From Eubacterium sp. (GTDB lineage Bacteria; Bacillota; Clostridia; Oscillospirales; Ruminococcaceae): a stretch of DNA of 64,000 nt. The notes beneath the pieces were generated by a model that saw only the letters and a list, made by a program, of their open reading frames with translations, was not told the origin of the DNA and made no database searches. The stretch covers positions 362 to 64,361 of the forward strand of contig JAISVH010000119.1 in assembly GCA_031271685.1 (NCBI GenBank), given 5' to 3'. Below, piece after piece: positions 46,697-55,567 of the stretch. Both the position numbers and the translations under genes were made by a program. How positions within the stretch are numbered: position 1 is the stretch's first letter; each line of letters begins with the position of its first letter.

Positions 46697-47597
46697 ATCC
46701 CAAAAAAACAAGCTTTTGATAGTTGACGATCAAAAATCGAACCTTATGGTTTTAACTAATATACTGATTTCAGAATATACGGTTTACACTGCTAAAGATG
46801 GTATAGGCGCTATTAAAAAGGCAAAGGAATATCTGCCCGACTTAATTCTTTTGGACATAATAATGCCGGGGATGGACGGATATGAAGTTTTAACGACATT
46901 AAAGGAGATTAATGAAACAAAGCATATTCCGATAATTTTTATCACTGGATTGAGCAGTCCAGAAGATGAGCAAAAGGGATTGTCTTATGATGCAGCGGAT
47001 TATATCAGCAAGCCTTTTAATTCTGAGATAGTAAAGCTGAGAGTTCGGCATCAGATCCGGATAGTCAATCAACTTCGCACCATTGAACGACTGACATTGA
47101 CGGACCAACTGACTGATTTGCCAAATCGCCGGAGCTTTGACAGCCGAATATCTTTAGAGTGGGATCGCGCCATAAGAGAAAAAACGCCCATAAGCGTTTT
47201 AATAATGGATTTGGATAAATTTAAACAATACAACGACGCGTACGGACATCAACAAGGTGACCTGTTGCTTCAGAGCATGGCCGGAGTATTTAAAACAGTT
47301 TTTAAACGCTCTACGGACTTTGTTGCGAGGTGGGGCGGCGAAGAGTTTTTGGCGCTTCTTGCAGGTATTGGTTCGGAGGAAGCGATGCAAATTGCCGAAC
47401 AGATTCGCGAAAGAGTTGAAGCTATGCAGATTCCTTGTCCTTCCACGGGCAAACTAACCGAAATTACTATAAGTATAGGGGTAAATACCGAAACGCCGCT
47501 GCCGAACAGCTCAATAGTCGATTTTATCCGGAGGGCGGACGAATCCCTTTATATCGCGAAGCAAACAGGAAGAAATAAGGTTATCAGTGAATTTTAA
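46689..47597 (+). CDS. Response regulator with diguanylate cyclase output (REC-GGDEF)
   Basis: REC segment LLIVDDQ...LLDIIMPGMDG...K. GGEEF active site preceded by an RSTD I-site. Start overlaps the upstream kinase stop (ATGCTTGA). Confidence 0.9.
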   Translation: MLESQKNKLLIVDDQKSNLMVLTNILISEYTVYTAKDGIGAIKKAKEYLPDLILLDIIMPGMDGYEVLTTLKEINETKHIPIIFITGLSSPEDEQKGLSYDAADYISKPFNSEIVKLRVRHQIRIVNQLRTIERLTLTDQLTDLPNRRSFDSRISLEWDRAIREKTPISVLIMDLDKFKQYNDAYGHQQGDLLLQSMAGVFKTVFKRSTDFVARWGGEEFLALLAGIGSEEAMQIAEQIRERVEAMQIPCPSTGKLTEITISIGVNTETPLPNSSIVDFIRRADESLYIAKQTGRNKVISEF

Positions 47598-47606
47598 TTA
47601 GTCGGC

Positions 47607-48329
47607 TTAACGTGCGCCTTTCCCGGATAAAACCGCTATAACCGTTTTAAATATTATAAGAAAATCAAGACAAAAGGATTGATGATCGACATAATACAGC
47701 TCTAACTCCACCCTTTCATCGTAACTAACGCTGCTCCTTCCGCTAACCTGCCAATAACCTGTAAGACCGGGCTTTACACTTAAAAACCTATCTTTATTGT
47801 CTCCATATTTTTCAAGTTCTTGAAAAACTATAGGACGTGGCCCGACAATACTCAGGTTGCCGATGAAAATGTCCCAAATCTGTGGAAGCTCGTCTAAACT
47901 CGTTTTTCTCAGCAACTTTCCGATATTCGTTATTCGCGGGTCGTCTTTAAGCTTAAAGTTTTCTTCGAACTCTTTTTTTTGCTCTGGTGAAAACTTCGTT
48001 ATAAGGTCTTGAGCATTGCAGACCATGCTCCTGAATTTATGCACGGTTATTGGTTTGCCATGAAGACCTAAACGGCTATGGCTAAAAAAAACCGCTCCTC
48101 TTGATTCTTTTGGCTTTTTTAGGTCTTCAAGCTTAATAAGCGCGTATATAATCAAAAATAAAGGCGAGAATAGTATCAGAGATAATATTGACAGGACAAT
48201 GTCTATAGTCCTTTTTATCAAACGGTAAACGCTGTGTTTAAAGGCTCGGGTGTTAAGCTGACGATTTAAGCGGCCGTCAGCTTCGCTTTTTTGTTCGGAC
48301 TCGGGATCGGATATTTCAAAGTCGGTCAT
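47607..48329 (-). CDS. Undecaprenyl-phosphate sugar phosphotransferase (bacterial sugar transferase family)
   Basis: Single N-terminal TM and the LSIVGPRP and DELPQ motifs typical of the small monotopic PGT family. Confidence 0.85.
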   Translation of the reverse strand: MTDFEISDPESEQKSEADGRLNRQLNTRAFKHSVYRLIKRTIDIVLSILSLILFSPLFLIIYALIKLEDLKKPKESRGAVFFSHSRLGLHGKPITVHKFRSMVCNAQDLITKFSPEQKKEFEENFKLKDDPRITNIGKLLRKTSLDELPQIWDIFIGNLSIVGPRPIVFQELEKYGDNKDRFLSVKPGLTGYWQVSGRSSVSYDERVELELYYVDHQSFCLDFLIIFKTVIAVLSGKGAR

Positions 48330-48354
48330 AAAGCCATCGTTCCCCTTTATAAAT

Positions 48355-48446
48355 TATAGCAAATTGCGTAAACATTTTGAAATGAATTACATGTTTACGT
48401 TTGGCGCTGAAAGTGGCGCACTGCAGCTTTGCCGCAGATGGTTGAA
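48355..48446. repeat. Repeat locus R17: C module fused to the BA core, 26 nt upstream of the sugar-transferase start
   Basis: TATAGCAAATTGCGTAAACATTTTGAAATGAATTACATGTTTACG...GGCGCTGAAAGTGGCG...GCCGCAGATGGTTGAA. Confidence 0.8.
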
Positions 48447-48493
48447 TAAACGATATACTTTATTTTAGCAAATAACAAATTAAAAGTCAAGGC

Positions 48494-48524
48494 ATAAAAA
48501 ACGGGGAGCGAAACAGCTCTCCGT
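48494..48524 (-). terminator. Intrinsic terminator after the MCP gene
   Basis: On the minus strand: ACGGAGAGC-TGTTTC-GCTCCCCGT followed by TTTTTT. Confidence 0.7.
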
Positions 48525-48591
48525 TTGTATTTATTGTAACACTATTTTATTACGCTCGCACTAATGACAAATATTTCTCGCGTCATTTTGA

Positions 48592-50709
48592 CTATTTGCC
48601 CTGGTCAAACTGATTAAAATTGTTGTCAGCCTCGCTTCTCAGTTTAAAGCGCGAAGTCAGTTCTGATAACATATCAGACTGTTCGCTCATTTTTTCACCG
48701 GCTGCGGAGCTTTGTTCGGCTGTTGCGGAATTTTGCTGTATTACCTGTGCCACTTGGTTGATGCCGGCATTGACTTCTGAAATAGCGGACGCCTGCTCAT
48801 CGGATAAAATTGCCATCTGCCTGACTATTTCGGCGCTTTCGTTTATACCTTCAACAATTTCATTAAGTGAAACGGAGGTTTCTCCGGCAATGCTTAATCC
48901 TAAATTGGCTTTTTGTATTGAGTTTTCGATCAATCCGCCGGTGTTTTTAGCCGCTTCGGCGCTTTTAGAAGCAAGGTTTCTGACCTCTTCGGCCACCACG
49001 GCAAAACCTTTTCCGGCCTCGCCCGCGCGCGCGGCTTCGACCGCGGCGTTAAGCGCTAAAATATTGGTTTGAAAGGCGATATCGTCAATAACTTTGATGA
49101 CTTTTTCTATTTGGCCGCTGGCATCGCTGATTTCGTTCACCGCTTTCATCATTTCAGACATTTGAGCGCTGCCTTTTTCGGCATCGCTTTTTATGGTGTC
49201 GGCAAGCAGGTCGGCTTTATTGGCCATTTTAGCATTGCTCCTTGTCTTTTCTGCAATGCTAGAGGCAGAAGCTGCAAGCTGCTCGATGGTTTCCGCTTGT
49301 TTGGCCGAGCCTTTAGCTAACGCCTGCGCTCCATCGGCGATTTGCTTTGACCCGGCTTGCACTTGATTGGCTGCGGCGCTGACATCTTGAAGAGCGCTGT
49401 TTGTATTGAAAAGCATATTATTGATAGCGCGGTTGACAACGTCTTTTTCTGAGCGGATAAGAACGGTTAAAGAATAGTCGCCGTCAGCCATTTGGGACAT
49501 GGATTCGGCCTGAAATCGGATGCCGTCGATCATTTTTATAAACGCATGTTTAAGAGCGATCAGCTCATTTTCGGCTTTTCTTTTTTCAACTTTTAAATTA
49601 ACGGATTCAATATCTCCAACGGCAATGGCTTCAGCTGCCGAAGTCAGTAACGGAAGCTCTTTAAGGCTTTTGCGCACTATTATTAATATTATAGTTCCAA
49701 CGGCAATAATAAGAGCAAATCCCAACGATATAACGATCCAAATCAAAGTATTTGAGGCGGCTGTCGCAGTGTCTTCCGGAACGAGCCCGCAAACGCCCCA
49801 GTATTTGCCTGTATTTCCGACCATAACTCCGGACATTAAAAGCCTTACGTTTTCTTTTGAAATATCGGAATAATCCTTTACTTCGATGCTTCCTCCACTT
49901 GTAAGTATGCCTTCGATTGCGGCCGAATGCTTATTAAGCCACTGCGTTGAATAATGTTTCATAATAAGGTTTTCGTCTATATGCGAAGCGTAAAACCCGC
50001 CCGGAGAAATTACGAATATATAACCGTCGTCAAGTATACTTTCTGAGTTCATGATCTCGGTTACTTTTTCAAGCGTTATGTCGGCCCCCACAACGCCGGA
50101 GACGCGTCCGTTATGCACGATCGGAACCGCTATAGAATATAGTAGCGTTTCCTTTCCTTCGATCATATGCGGAAATGGGTCGGTAATATACGGCCGGCCC
50201 GAGTTGCGCGCGCCAAGATAAAAATCTCCATCGCCCTCGACAGTATAGTTAGCCAACGGTTCTAGCGCGTATCCGTTTCCATTTCTTGTCACATAGGGGA
50301 TGAACCTCCCTGTTTCGTCGTGATATTCGTTGGCGTTTATGTACTCGCTATCCTTATTGTCTAAAGCGTTAGGTTCCCAACATGTCCAAACCCCCAGTAA
50401 ATTTTCGTCTGACATAAGTATGTCGGATAGGATGTCAACTATTTTCGCGCGTTTATCTTCAGATTTTGGACCCATGGCAACACTGTCTACAACCGGGGCC
50501 GCCGAATTAACTATACTGTATGCGCCCTTGCAAAGAGCTTCAAACTTGTTTGAATACTCACTTACGCTTGAGTTTATCAATCTGCCGGTTAAATCGTCGG
50601 TCGACGACGAAGCTAAAAAGCCGACTGTGGCCGTCAAAGCAATAACGCCTGTGATCAACATAGCAAGAGCGGGAAATAAAATAGTTGTTTTTAAACTTGT
50701 TTTTCTCAT
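48592..50709 (-). CDS. Methyl-accepting chemotaxis protein with an extracellular Cache-like sensor
   Basis: Two TMs flank a sensor domain of about 270 aa. HAMP, then the conserved signalling hairpin [15 protein letters not shown]. Confidence 0.9.
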   Translation of the reverse strand: MRKTSLKTTILFPALAMLITGVIALTATVGFLASSSTDDLTGRLINSSVSEYSNKFEALCKGAYSIVNSAAPVVDSVAMGPKSEDKRAKIVDILSDILMSDENLLGVWTCWEPNALDNKDSEYINANEYHDETGRFIPYVTRNGNGYALEPLANYTVEGDGDFYLGARNSGRPYITDPFPHMIEGKETLLYSIAVPIVHNGRVSGVVGADITLEKVTEIMNSESILDDGYIFVISPGGFYASHIDENLIMKHYSTQWLNKHSAAIEGILTSGGSIEVKDYSDISKENVRLLMSGVMVGNTGKYWGVCGLVPEDTATAASNTLIWIVISLGFALIIAVGTIILIIVRKSLKELPLLTSAAEAIAVGDIESVNLKVEKRKAENELIALKHAFIKMIDGIRFQAESMSQMADGDYSLTVLIRSEKDVVNRAINNMLFNTNSALQDVSAAANQVQAGSKQIADGAQALAKGSAKQAETIEQLAASASSIAEKTRSNAKMANKADLLADTIKSDAEKGSAQMSEMMKAVNEISDASGQIEKVIKVIDDIAFQTNILALNAAVEAARAGEAGKGFAVVAEEVRNLASKSAEAAKNTGGLIENSIQKANLGLSIAGETSVSLNEIVEGINESAEIVRQMAILSDEQASAISEVNAGINQVAQVIQQNSATAEQSSAAGEKMSEQSDMLSELTSRFKLRSEADNNFNQFDQGK

Positions 50710-50743
50710 GCCTATCCCCCTGGTTTAGTTTATTTTTATAAAA

Positions 50744-50974
50744 TATAACCGCGTTTATGGTCCCTGTCTCTTAGACGGCGGGCTGTAATCGTTTAACTTT
50801 AAATTTTCTAAATTTAAAGTTAAACGAGGATTGCTCTGTTTGCGAACAGCGACCGCAACGCGCACGCTGCGGAACCCCTTTGGCTTAAAAAATACTTAGT
50901 ATTTTTTAAGCCAAAGGGTATACATGCTGACGCTGGTTAAAACACTGGAAGAGGCTGCTCCTCAGATGTTTGAA
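50744..50974 (+). repeat. Repeat locus R18: expanded BA element (231 bp) with an internal E hairpin, a GC-rich segment and a 43-bp perfect palindrome
   Basis: Starts TATAACCGCGTTTATGG. E at about 50788-50830. Palindrome CCCTTTGGCTTAAAAAATAC-TTA-GTATTTTTTAAGCCAAAGGG at 50876-50918. Ends ...CTGGAAGAGGCTGCTCCTCAGATGTTTGAA. Confidence 0.8.
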
Positions 50975-51022
50975 TTTATTTTATCATATAAGGTTTTAAA
51001 AATCAAGTTAAATTTTAAAAGT

Positions 51023-51167
51023 AATTTATATATAGAGTAAAAAAATGTGAAAAAAACTGTATCTTTTATACAAAAAAATAGCCAAACAAAAAGCAATTTA
51101 TATATAGAGTAAAAAATTGTGAAAAAAAACTGTACGTTTATACAAAAAAATTCGCCAACCAAAAGGT
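51023..51167. repeat. Two tandem copies of a 72-bp AT-rich unit
   Basis: AATTTATATATAGAGTAAAAAA(A/T)TGTGAAAAAAACTGTA...TATACAAAAAAAT starts at 51023 and again at 51095. Confidence 0.85.
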
Positions 51168-51176
51168 CGACGAATT
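51144..51176 (-). terminator. Terminator-like hairpin after tRNA-Thr
   Basis: On the minus strand: ATTCGTCGACC-TTTT-GGTTGGCGAAT (imperfect) followed by TTTTTTT. Confidence 0.55.
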
Positions 51177-51195
51177 ATTTGGAATATTTCTTTGA

Positions 51196-51271
51196 TGGAG
51201 CTTCTAATCAGATTCGAACTGATGACCTCGTCCTTACCAAGGACGCGCTCTGCCGACTGAGCTATAGAAGC
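51196..51271 (-). tRNA. tRNA-Thr (anticodon GGU), CCA encoded
   Basis: Manual cloverleaf: acceptor GCTTCTA/TAGAAGC, D arm GCTC/GAGC, anticodon arm CGTCC-TTGGTAA-GGACG, T arm ATCAG-TTCGAAT-CTGAT, then T-CCA. Confidence 0.9.
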
Positions 51272-51325
51272 GCAAAATATGGGATAAAATGTGGGGCATA
51301 AGGACTTTATGTCAATAATATCTTG

Positions 51326-51354
51326 ATTATAACATAAAACAATATATATGTCAA
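51326..51354 (-). promoter_or_regulatory. Consensus promoter of tRNA-Thr
   Basis: On the minus strand: TTGACA, 17 nt, TATAAT, about 50 nt upstream of the tRNA 5' end. Confidence 0.7.
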
Positions 51355-51394
51355 TATATTTTTTAAATATTTTAATGTTTATACAATAAAACCC

Positions 51395-51423
51395 TTGACA
51401 ATTTATAGAAATTGTTGTATACT
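51395..51423 (+). promoter_or_regulatory. Promoter of rpoB-rpoC
   Basis: TTGACA, 17 nt, TATACT, about 90 nt upstream of the rpoB ATG. Confidence 0.7.
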
Positions 51424-51512
51424 AATAAAATGTATCATTATGGATACTTATGTGCTTTTTTTCCATTTACGTATCCGTAGTCGTGTAAATTTTAAAGGGA
51501 GTTGATAAGCCT

Positions 51513-54500
51513 ATGGTTAATGTCAAGCAAGTACAACTCGGTAAAGTCAGCCGCATGAGTTTTTCAAAAATCAATGAGGTTTTAGAGATACCTAACCTTA
51601 TTGAGGTGCAGAAAAATTCGTATAGATGGTTCGTTGAGGAAGGGATAAGGGAAGTATTTGACGATATTTCAGAAATCACCGACTCAAACGGAAAGCTTGT
51701 TTTGAACTTTGTCGATTACCGTCTTGACGATAAACCCAAGTATACTATAAGTGAATGCAAAGAACGAGATGTTACCTATGCCGCACCCCTTAAAGTAAAG
51801 GCTCATCTTCGCAATGAGGATACCGGTGAAGTGGTCGAAAATGAAATTTTCATGGGTGATTTTCCCTTGATGACCGACAGCGGAACTTTTATAATCAACG
51901 GCGCAGAGCGTGTTATAGTGTCACAGCTTGTGCGTTCTCCCGGCGTTTATTACAGCTTTGATTACGATAAGACGGGGAAAAGACTTTTTAAAGCCACGGT
52001 TATTCCCAACCGAGGGGCGTGGTTGGAATACGAGATGGACTCAAACGATGTTTTTTATGTCCGTATAGATAAAAACCGTAAAATCCCGGCCACAACGCTT
52101 ATTCGCGCGCTTGGGAAGGGAACCGACGATGATATTATTGATTTATTCGGCGACGACGAACGGATAAACCAGACAATATCACAAAAAGATATAACCAAAA
52201 ACAACGAGGAAGCGTTGCTCGAAGTATATAAGAAGTTGCGGCCAGGGGAGCTGCCGACGGTCGAGTCGGCGCAAAATCATTTAAACACTTTGTTTTTTGA
52301 CGCGAAACGTTATGACTTATCGCGTTTCGGCCGTTATAAATACAATAAAAAGCTGGGGGTCGCAAATCGTCTTGCCGGGCATGTTTTGGCAAGCTCGGTC
52401 ATCAATCCGCTCACTGGCGAGCTTATGTTTTCTGAAAAGGAATATGTTACTAACGAGATGGCGGCTGAAATTGAGCAGGCCGGCGTTATGGAAGTGCTGC
52501 TTTCCGGCGAAACGGGAGAGGTGAAGGTAGTTGGCAATGGAATGGTCGATATAAGGCCGTACCTTCCCGACGGGATCGATCCATTTAAGTATGGCATAAA
52601 CGAAAAGGTTTCTTTTCCTGTGCTGAAAGAAATTTTAGAGGCGGATTTATCGGACGAAGAGCTTAAAAAGACGCTTAAAGCAAACGCGGATAGGCTTATC
52701 CCAAAACATATTACTTTAGACGATATTTATGCTACGATAAGCTATTTTATAAATCTTTGCGAAGATGTTGGAACGATCGATGATATTGATCATTTAGGGA
52801 ATCGCCGTATCCGCTCGGTGGGAGAGCTTTTGCAGAACCAGTTTCGAATAGGGTTTGCACGTATGGAGCGCGTTATTCGTGAGAGAATGGGGCTTCAGGC
52901 ACAGGACACCGAAAAGATATCTCCTAACTCGCTTATAAACATAAGGCCGGTAGTGGCGGCAATAAAAGAATTTTTTGGTTCTTCTCCGTTATCTCAGTTT
53001 ATGGATCAAAACAACCCGTTGGCGGAGCTTACGCATAAGCGGCGCTTGTCCGCCCTGGGTCCGGGAGGACTTTCTCGTGATCGCGCGGGGTTTGAGGTTC
53101 GTGACGTTCACTATTCTCATTATGGCAGGATGTGTCCGATTGAAACGCCTGAAGGGCCTAACATCGGGTTGATTTCTTATCTCGCTTCATTCGCGAGGAT
53201 AAATGAATACGGATTTATCGAGGCGCCTTATCGCAAAGTAGATAAATCGAGCGGCAGGGTGACCGGAGAGGTGGTTTATATGACCGCCGATGTAGAGGAT
53301 TTATACACGGTTGCTCAGGCAAATGAGCCGCTGGACGATGAGGGGCACTTTTTAAGAACGCGTGTGACCGCGCGGCATAGGGATGAGATAATAGAAATAC
53401 CGAACGATCATATAGATTATATGGACATTTCGCCGAAGATGTTAGTATCGGTTGCGACGGCGATGATTCCTTTCCTTGAAAATGACGATGCTAACCGGGC
53501 TCTAATGGGTGCCAATATGCAGCGCCAGGCGGTTCCTCTTATGCTGACTGAAAATCCAATAGTCGCGACCGGCATGGAGTATAAGGCTGCAATTGATTCG
53601 GGAGTCGTTGTTATTGCCGAGCAGAGCGGCAAGGTGAGCAGGGTTTGCTCGGATGAAATTGTTATCATAGGCGAAAACGGCAGAGAAAATATTTATAAAT
53701 TAATAAAGTTTAAGCGTTCAAATCAGGGAACCTGCATAAATCAAAAGCCGATAGTAAAAAAAGGAGACTCTGTTCAAAAAGGCGATGTTTTAGCTGACGG
53801 GCCGGCCACTTCTGATGGGGAAATTTCACTTGGGAAAAACGTGTTGATCGGATTTATGACTTGGGAAGGCTATAATTACGAGGATGCTGTTTTGATTAGC
53901 GAGAGGTTGGTTTATAACGATGTGTTCACCTCGATTCACATTGAGGAATATGAGCTTGAGTGCCGTGACACTAAGTTGGGGCCGGAAGAAATTACCCGGG
54001 ATATCCCGAATTTAAGTGAGGACGCGCTGAAAGATTTGGATGAGCGCGGAGTCATTCGCATTGGAGCCGAAGTGCGCGCTGGGGATATATTGGTTGGAAA
54101 GGTTACCCCAAAAGGGGAAACAGAACTAACGGCCGAGGAACGTTTGCTTCGCGCGATTTTCGGCGAAAAGGCGCGTGAGGTTCGCGACAATTCGTTAAAG
54201 GTGCCGCACGGCGAAAGCGGTATAGTCGTTGACGTTAAAGTTTTCAACCGCGAAAACAGCGATGAGTTGTCACCCGGCGTAAATATGGTAGTGCGCTGTT
54301 ATATCGCGCAGAAAAGAAAAATATCAGTTGGGGACAAGATGGCGGGCCGGCATGGGAATAAAGGCGTTGTTTCTCGCATACTTCCGGTTGAGGACATGCC
54401 GTTTTTGCCAGACGGAACCCCTTTGGATATTGTGCTTAATCCGCTGGGAGTTCCGTCGCGCATGAATATAGGACAGGTATTGGAAGTGCATTTGGGATAC

Positions 54501-55274
54501 GCTGCAAAGGTGCTTGGCTGGAACGTTATGACGCCGGTGTTTGACGGAGCGCAAGAGACGGACATCCTTGAAATGCTGAACCGAGCAAAACTGTCTGAAG
54601 ACGCTAAAATAGAGCTTTATGACGGTCGGACCGGAGAAATGTTTGACAATCCCGTAACGGTCGGATATATGTATTATCTTAAGCTTCACCATTTGGTTGA
54701 CGACAAAATACACGCAAGATCAACCGGACCTTATTCGCTAGTTACGCAGCAGCCGCTTGGCGGTAAAGCACAGTTTGGCGGACAGCGTTTCGGAGAGATG
54801 GAGGTTTGGGCGCTTGAGGCTTATGGCGCCGCCTATACACTTCAGGAAATTCTTACCGTTAAATCAGACGATGTAGTAGGGCGCGTAAAGACATATGAAG
54901 CGATAGTTAAGGGAGACAATGTCCCGAAAGCCGGAGTGCCCGAAAGCTTTAAGGTTTTGATAAAAGAGCTTCAATCACTGGGTTTGGATGTTAAGGTGCT
55001 GGACTTTGACAATCGTGAAATAGACCTTAAGCAGAATTTTGATGACGACGACGATGTCGGAATTGTTAACGCGGAGGATTTTGAGTATATAGCGGAAGAC
55101 GGGGAACTTGACGCGGCTTATATCACCGGTGATATTGAGGATAATGATTTCTTTGCCGATGACGATGAAGGCGAGGATGAAGACGGTGAGGACGGTTTTG
55201 ACGAAGAATCTGCGATTGATGATGGTGCGGAAGAGAAATTTGACGATATTTACGGAGATGACGACGATGATTGA
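51513..55274 (+). CDS. rpoB: DNA-directed RNA polymerase subunit beta
   Basis: 1253 aa. Conserved blocks [14 protein letters not shown] and NMQRQAVPL. Poly-acidic C-terminal tail. Confidence 0.97.
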   Translation: MVNVKQVQLGKVSRMSFSKINEVLEIPNLIEVQKNSYRWFVEEGIREVFDDISEITDSNGKLVLNFVDYRLDDKPKYTISECKERDVTYAAPLKVKAHLRNEDTGEVVENEIFMGDFPLMTDSGTFIINGAERVIVSQLVRSPGVYYSFDYDKTGKRLFKATVIPNRGAWLEYEMDSNDVFYVRIDKNRKIPATTLIRALGKGTDDDIIDLFGDDERINQTISQKDITKNNEEALLEVYKKLRPGELPTVESAQNHLNTLFFDAKRYDLSRFGRYKYNKKLGVANRLAGHVLASSVINPLTGELMFSEKEYVTNEMAAEIEQAGVMEVLLSGETGEVKVVGNGMVDIRPYLPDGIDPFKYGINEKVSFPVLKEILEADLSDEELKKTLKANADRLIPKHITLDDIYATISYFINLCEDVGTIDDIDHLGNRRIRSVGELLQNQFRIGFARMERVIRERMGLQAQDTEKISPNSLINIRPVVAAIKEFFGSSPLSQFMDQNNPLAELTHKRRLSALGPGGLSRDRAGFEVRDVHYSHYGRMCPIETPEGPNIGLISYLASFARINEYGFIEAPYRKVDKSSGRVTGEVVYMTADVEDLYTVAQANEPLDDEGHFLRTRVTARHRDEIIEIPNDHIDYMDISPKMLVSVATAMIPFLENDDANRALMGANMQRQAVPLMLTENPIVATGMEYKAAIDSGVVVIAEQSGKVSRVCSDEIVIIGENGRENIYKLIKFKRSNQGTCINQKPIVKKGDSVQKGDVLADGPATSDGEISLGKNVLIGFMTWEGYNYEDAVLISERLVYNDVFTSIHIEEYELECRDTKLGPEEITRDIPNLSEDALKDLDERGVIRIGAEVRAGDILVGKVTPKGETELTAEERLLRAIFGEKAREVRDNSLKVPHGESGIVVDVKVFNRENSDELSPGVNMVVRCYIAQKRKISVGDKMAGRHGNKGVVSRILPVEDMPFLPDGTPLDIVLNPLGVPSRMNIGQVLEVHLGYAAKVLGWNVMTPVFDGAQETDILEMLNRAKLSEDAKIELYDGRTGEMFDNPVTVGYMYYLKLHHLVDDKIHARSTGPYSLVTQQPLGGKAQFGGQRFGEMEVWALEAYGAAYTLQEILTVKSDDVVGRVKTYEAIVKGDNVPKAGVPESFKVLIKELQSLGLDVKVLDFDNREIDLKQNFDDDDDVGIVNAEDFEYIAEDGELDAAYITGDIEDNDFFADDDEGEDEDGEDGFDEESAIDDGAEEKFDDIYGDDDDD

Positions 55275-55373
55275 TAATTGAAAATTATTCGTGTCTGTCA
55301 GTTTGCCGTGAAAACGGCAATTCAGGAATAAATTTAAATCATTTAAATTTGCCGCGAAGCGACACTAAATTTA

Positions 55374-55527
55374 TTGCCCCTGCACCAAACACTCGACAAT
55401 TATTACGTATCTTTTGTCGCTGAACCGCTTTAATTTTTTTAAATATAAATGGATGTTCGCGTCAAAATTGCATTGTTGACGATAAAATACTACGTGATAT
55501 TTTTTCTAATGTTTGTTGCAGGGGCAA
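55374..55527. mobile_element. MITE-like element H, copy 2 (154 bp), in the rpoB-rpoC spacer, flanked by TA/TA
   Basis: TTGCCCCTGCACCAAAC...GTTTGTTGCAGGGGCAA. TA at 55372-73 and at 55528-29. Confidence 0.8.
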
Positions 55528-55567
55528 TAATTATTAATTTGTCAATTGAATAAACGGGGGTATAGAT

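Noticed and set aside
51196-51512. The tRNA-Thr flank, considered as an integration hotspot carrying a genomic island.
   Set aside because: There is no integrase, no duplicated tRNA 3' segment and no foreign gene block. rpoB follows directly, with divergent consensus promoters. Only the 72-bp tandem duplication on the other side is reported.
55000-55274. The poly-acidic C-terminal tail of RpoB (D/E-rich, about 90 aa), considered as an unusual feature.
   Set aside because: Acidic C-terminal extensions of beta are common in Firmicutes, including the Bacillus sequence as I recall it, so this is not distinctive.
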